From: Bacteroidaceae bacterium
Lineage (GTDB): Bacteria; Bacteroidota; Bacteroidia; Bacteroidales; Bacteroidaceae
Length of the DNA: 64,000 bases
NCBI GenBank assembly: GCA_017451645.1
Contig: JAFTNZ010000009.1
Location: forward strand, 115,729-179,728
Direction: 5' to 3'
Position 1 is the stretch's first letter. Each line of letters starts with the position of its first letter. The translations under genes and the position numbers were made by a program. Below the pieces are notes generated by a model, which was not told the origin of the DNA, did not search any database, and saw nothing but the letters and a program-made list of their open reading frames with translations. Positions 63,501-64,000 of the stretch are shown piece by piece.

Positions 63501-64000
63501 CAGGGTAATACCGATAAAGAGAAGGCAGGAACCTTCAAGATTGAGGCATCGCCTGCTGTAGAAGGTGCTTTCCGTATCATCAATACGATAACCAATACCT
63601 ATATCGCTTGCGAAGATGGTGGCGCTCTTTATACGAATAATGACACTCAAAGAGCAGACTTCGCTATCGCAGATGCGTCAACCGTTTCTACTAACATCGA
63701 AATCTCTGCCAATAACAAATTCTCTACATGCGTGCTGATGTTTGCCGCAGAAATTCCTGAAGAGCTGACTGTCTATGTTGCCAAAGAACATGCCGGAGAT
63801 TACATGATATTCGAGGTATTTGAAGGAACGACTTTGCCCGCTTATACTCCCTGTCTGCTGTATGCCGAGGACGGATATGAAGGCACTTTGTCAGGAACTG
63901 TCGTGATGGAAGGCTATGCCGCTACGGTGACCGGCGAAGACGGTGTGTACTACGGTGCCATCGAAGACCAGACCATCTCTGCAGGCTATGTGTTGCAGAA
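60582..64000 (+). CDS. Large secreted multidomain protein (>1139 aa, truncated by window end)
   Basis: Manual translation from ATG 60582 (MKKLNKLCAILFAMLGVSATAKA-DTS...) stays open to the window end; alternating beta-sandwich and Ala-rich helical segments; missing from the ORF track because no stop is reached. Confidence 0.9.
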   Translation, partial: MKKLNKLCAILFAMLGVSATAKADTSILKESEGWQKITEIPSNKTDYYYALVDNNNDLMLTMGVGANQGSSYYTMYYRTSVNPLQNKAALWTIEGDNYTFRNTEYTRFAMQTEWNASWNYRTHDQPNACEWTATKPAYSISDLCWTIQNGKYPDSGYLGPWNEANFADGAEVAFNKTGNNVGKFHIYAIHKTYCKDVLATNATVTNPVDMTVLMANRDATLPVVDMGGWTTANTITRNGSNGYDGKSGFFEFCDWGASSWEGSMTQTITSLPNGKYVVKAAGQASATDVVLTLTANGVSTNLNCIGASGGNISADGTEVTLGSGVAGWQYMTVECKVTDGTLTITANSTGSATQRWANIDNFSLTYIGADLDLLKEAYENALAAAKSALEDETYSAVIGVEKTKLQELVEKTPTEDKDSYTTTTEQLVAATETFKNAKEGYELLATEVAKAVALGVSDEAINKYKASATTSDTKSDVLGLMVEEYNYVANNFTYPVALSDTWNSTGTNTQAATFNNEHWSGEKREYKNQNDNNGQGWNASSWTIDFDQEVTLPAGEYVFKVAGRKSESATLELVVTQGETTLGTVNDFPSSNKALGINKAGATSFDANDAAGFANNDAGYGWQWRYVKFELDAEATVKVAVHAGTNVIHQWVSFGDYTLQMTEETYLEANKDGVKASEAAAQALLGTKPMGEDENAALQAALDMTYTTGAQMLAKVEALDAAVANANAWRETYYAEKDKLVAALERFEADYNDAENGALDHMAKSRWETVITKAQAAAVAKDDLTSHEVLTTATTELTAALDAATVSVNEYAALDEAIKAAAALANGINWGDQPFQRPESAKAGLDTTDEQAVYNAAEADGKGVTSVTEALNAAMDITLNVPEGVFYLTVASEGHVLLGNSVVASLGSTGNNNPTGYGFNAATVTANYRPKVFTFEQVEDNLYHISVEMEAGTVYLTYGTLNGSTAGHKDGQIQGNTDKEKAGTFKIEASPAVEGAFRIINTITNTYIACEDGGALYTNNDTQRADFAIADASTVSTNIEISANNKFSTCVLMFAAEIPEELTVYVAKEHAGDYMIFEVFEGTTLPAYTPCLLYAEDGYEGTLSGTVVMEGYAATVTGEDGVYYGAIEDQTISAGYVLQ

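Overview
Chromosomal segment of a gut/rumen-type Bacteroidales bacterium (TAnnTTTG promoters, tmRNA tag GENNYALAA, signal peptides followed by Gln). Housekeeping content: 7TM-HD phosphohydrolase, priA, nadB, dacB, argR-GNAT-argG-pspC-argC-argD, sufE, glutaminyl cyclase-like M28 protein, nadX-like dehydrogenase, DEAD helicase, tryptophanase, recO, tRNA-Glu, rpsT, gyrB, wcaJ-wza-wzc, zapA, rny and tmRNA. A dispersed rhamnogalacturonan/rhamnose/arabinose toolkit is interleaved with it (PL11, 2x GH105, RhaM, GH97, 2x GH51, rhaBATD, GH106, GH43), with no SusC/SusD. No transposase, integrase, phage gene or CRISPR array was seen. The most unusual locus is at the right end. Two adjacent exported enzymes (GH43 and a metallophosphoesterase) share a ~100-aa N-terminal module (75/102 identical by manual alignment) ending in a 38-bp identical DNA tract. 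They are followed by a >1139-aa modular secreted protein that runs off the window and is absent from the ORF track. Also notable: a promoter-linked structured ncRNA candidate at 18659-18791, phased operator-like repeats before an AAA/DUF4143 gene, two 21-bp-period palindromic arrays, and three families of dispersed short repeats, some translated as gene termini. All family assignments are from motif recognition, not database searches.
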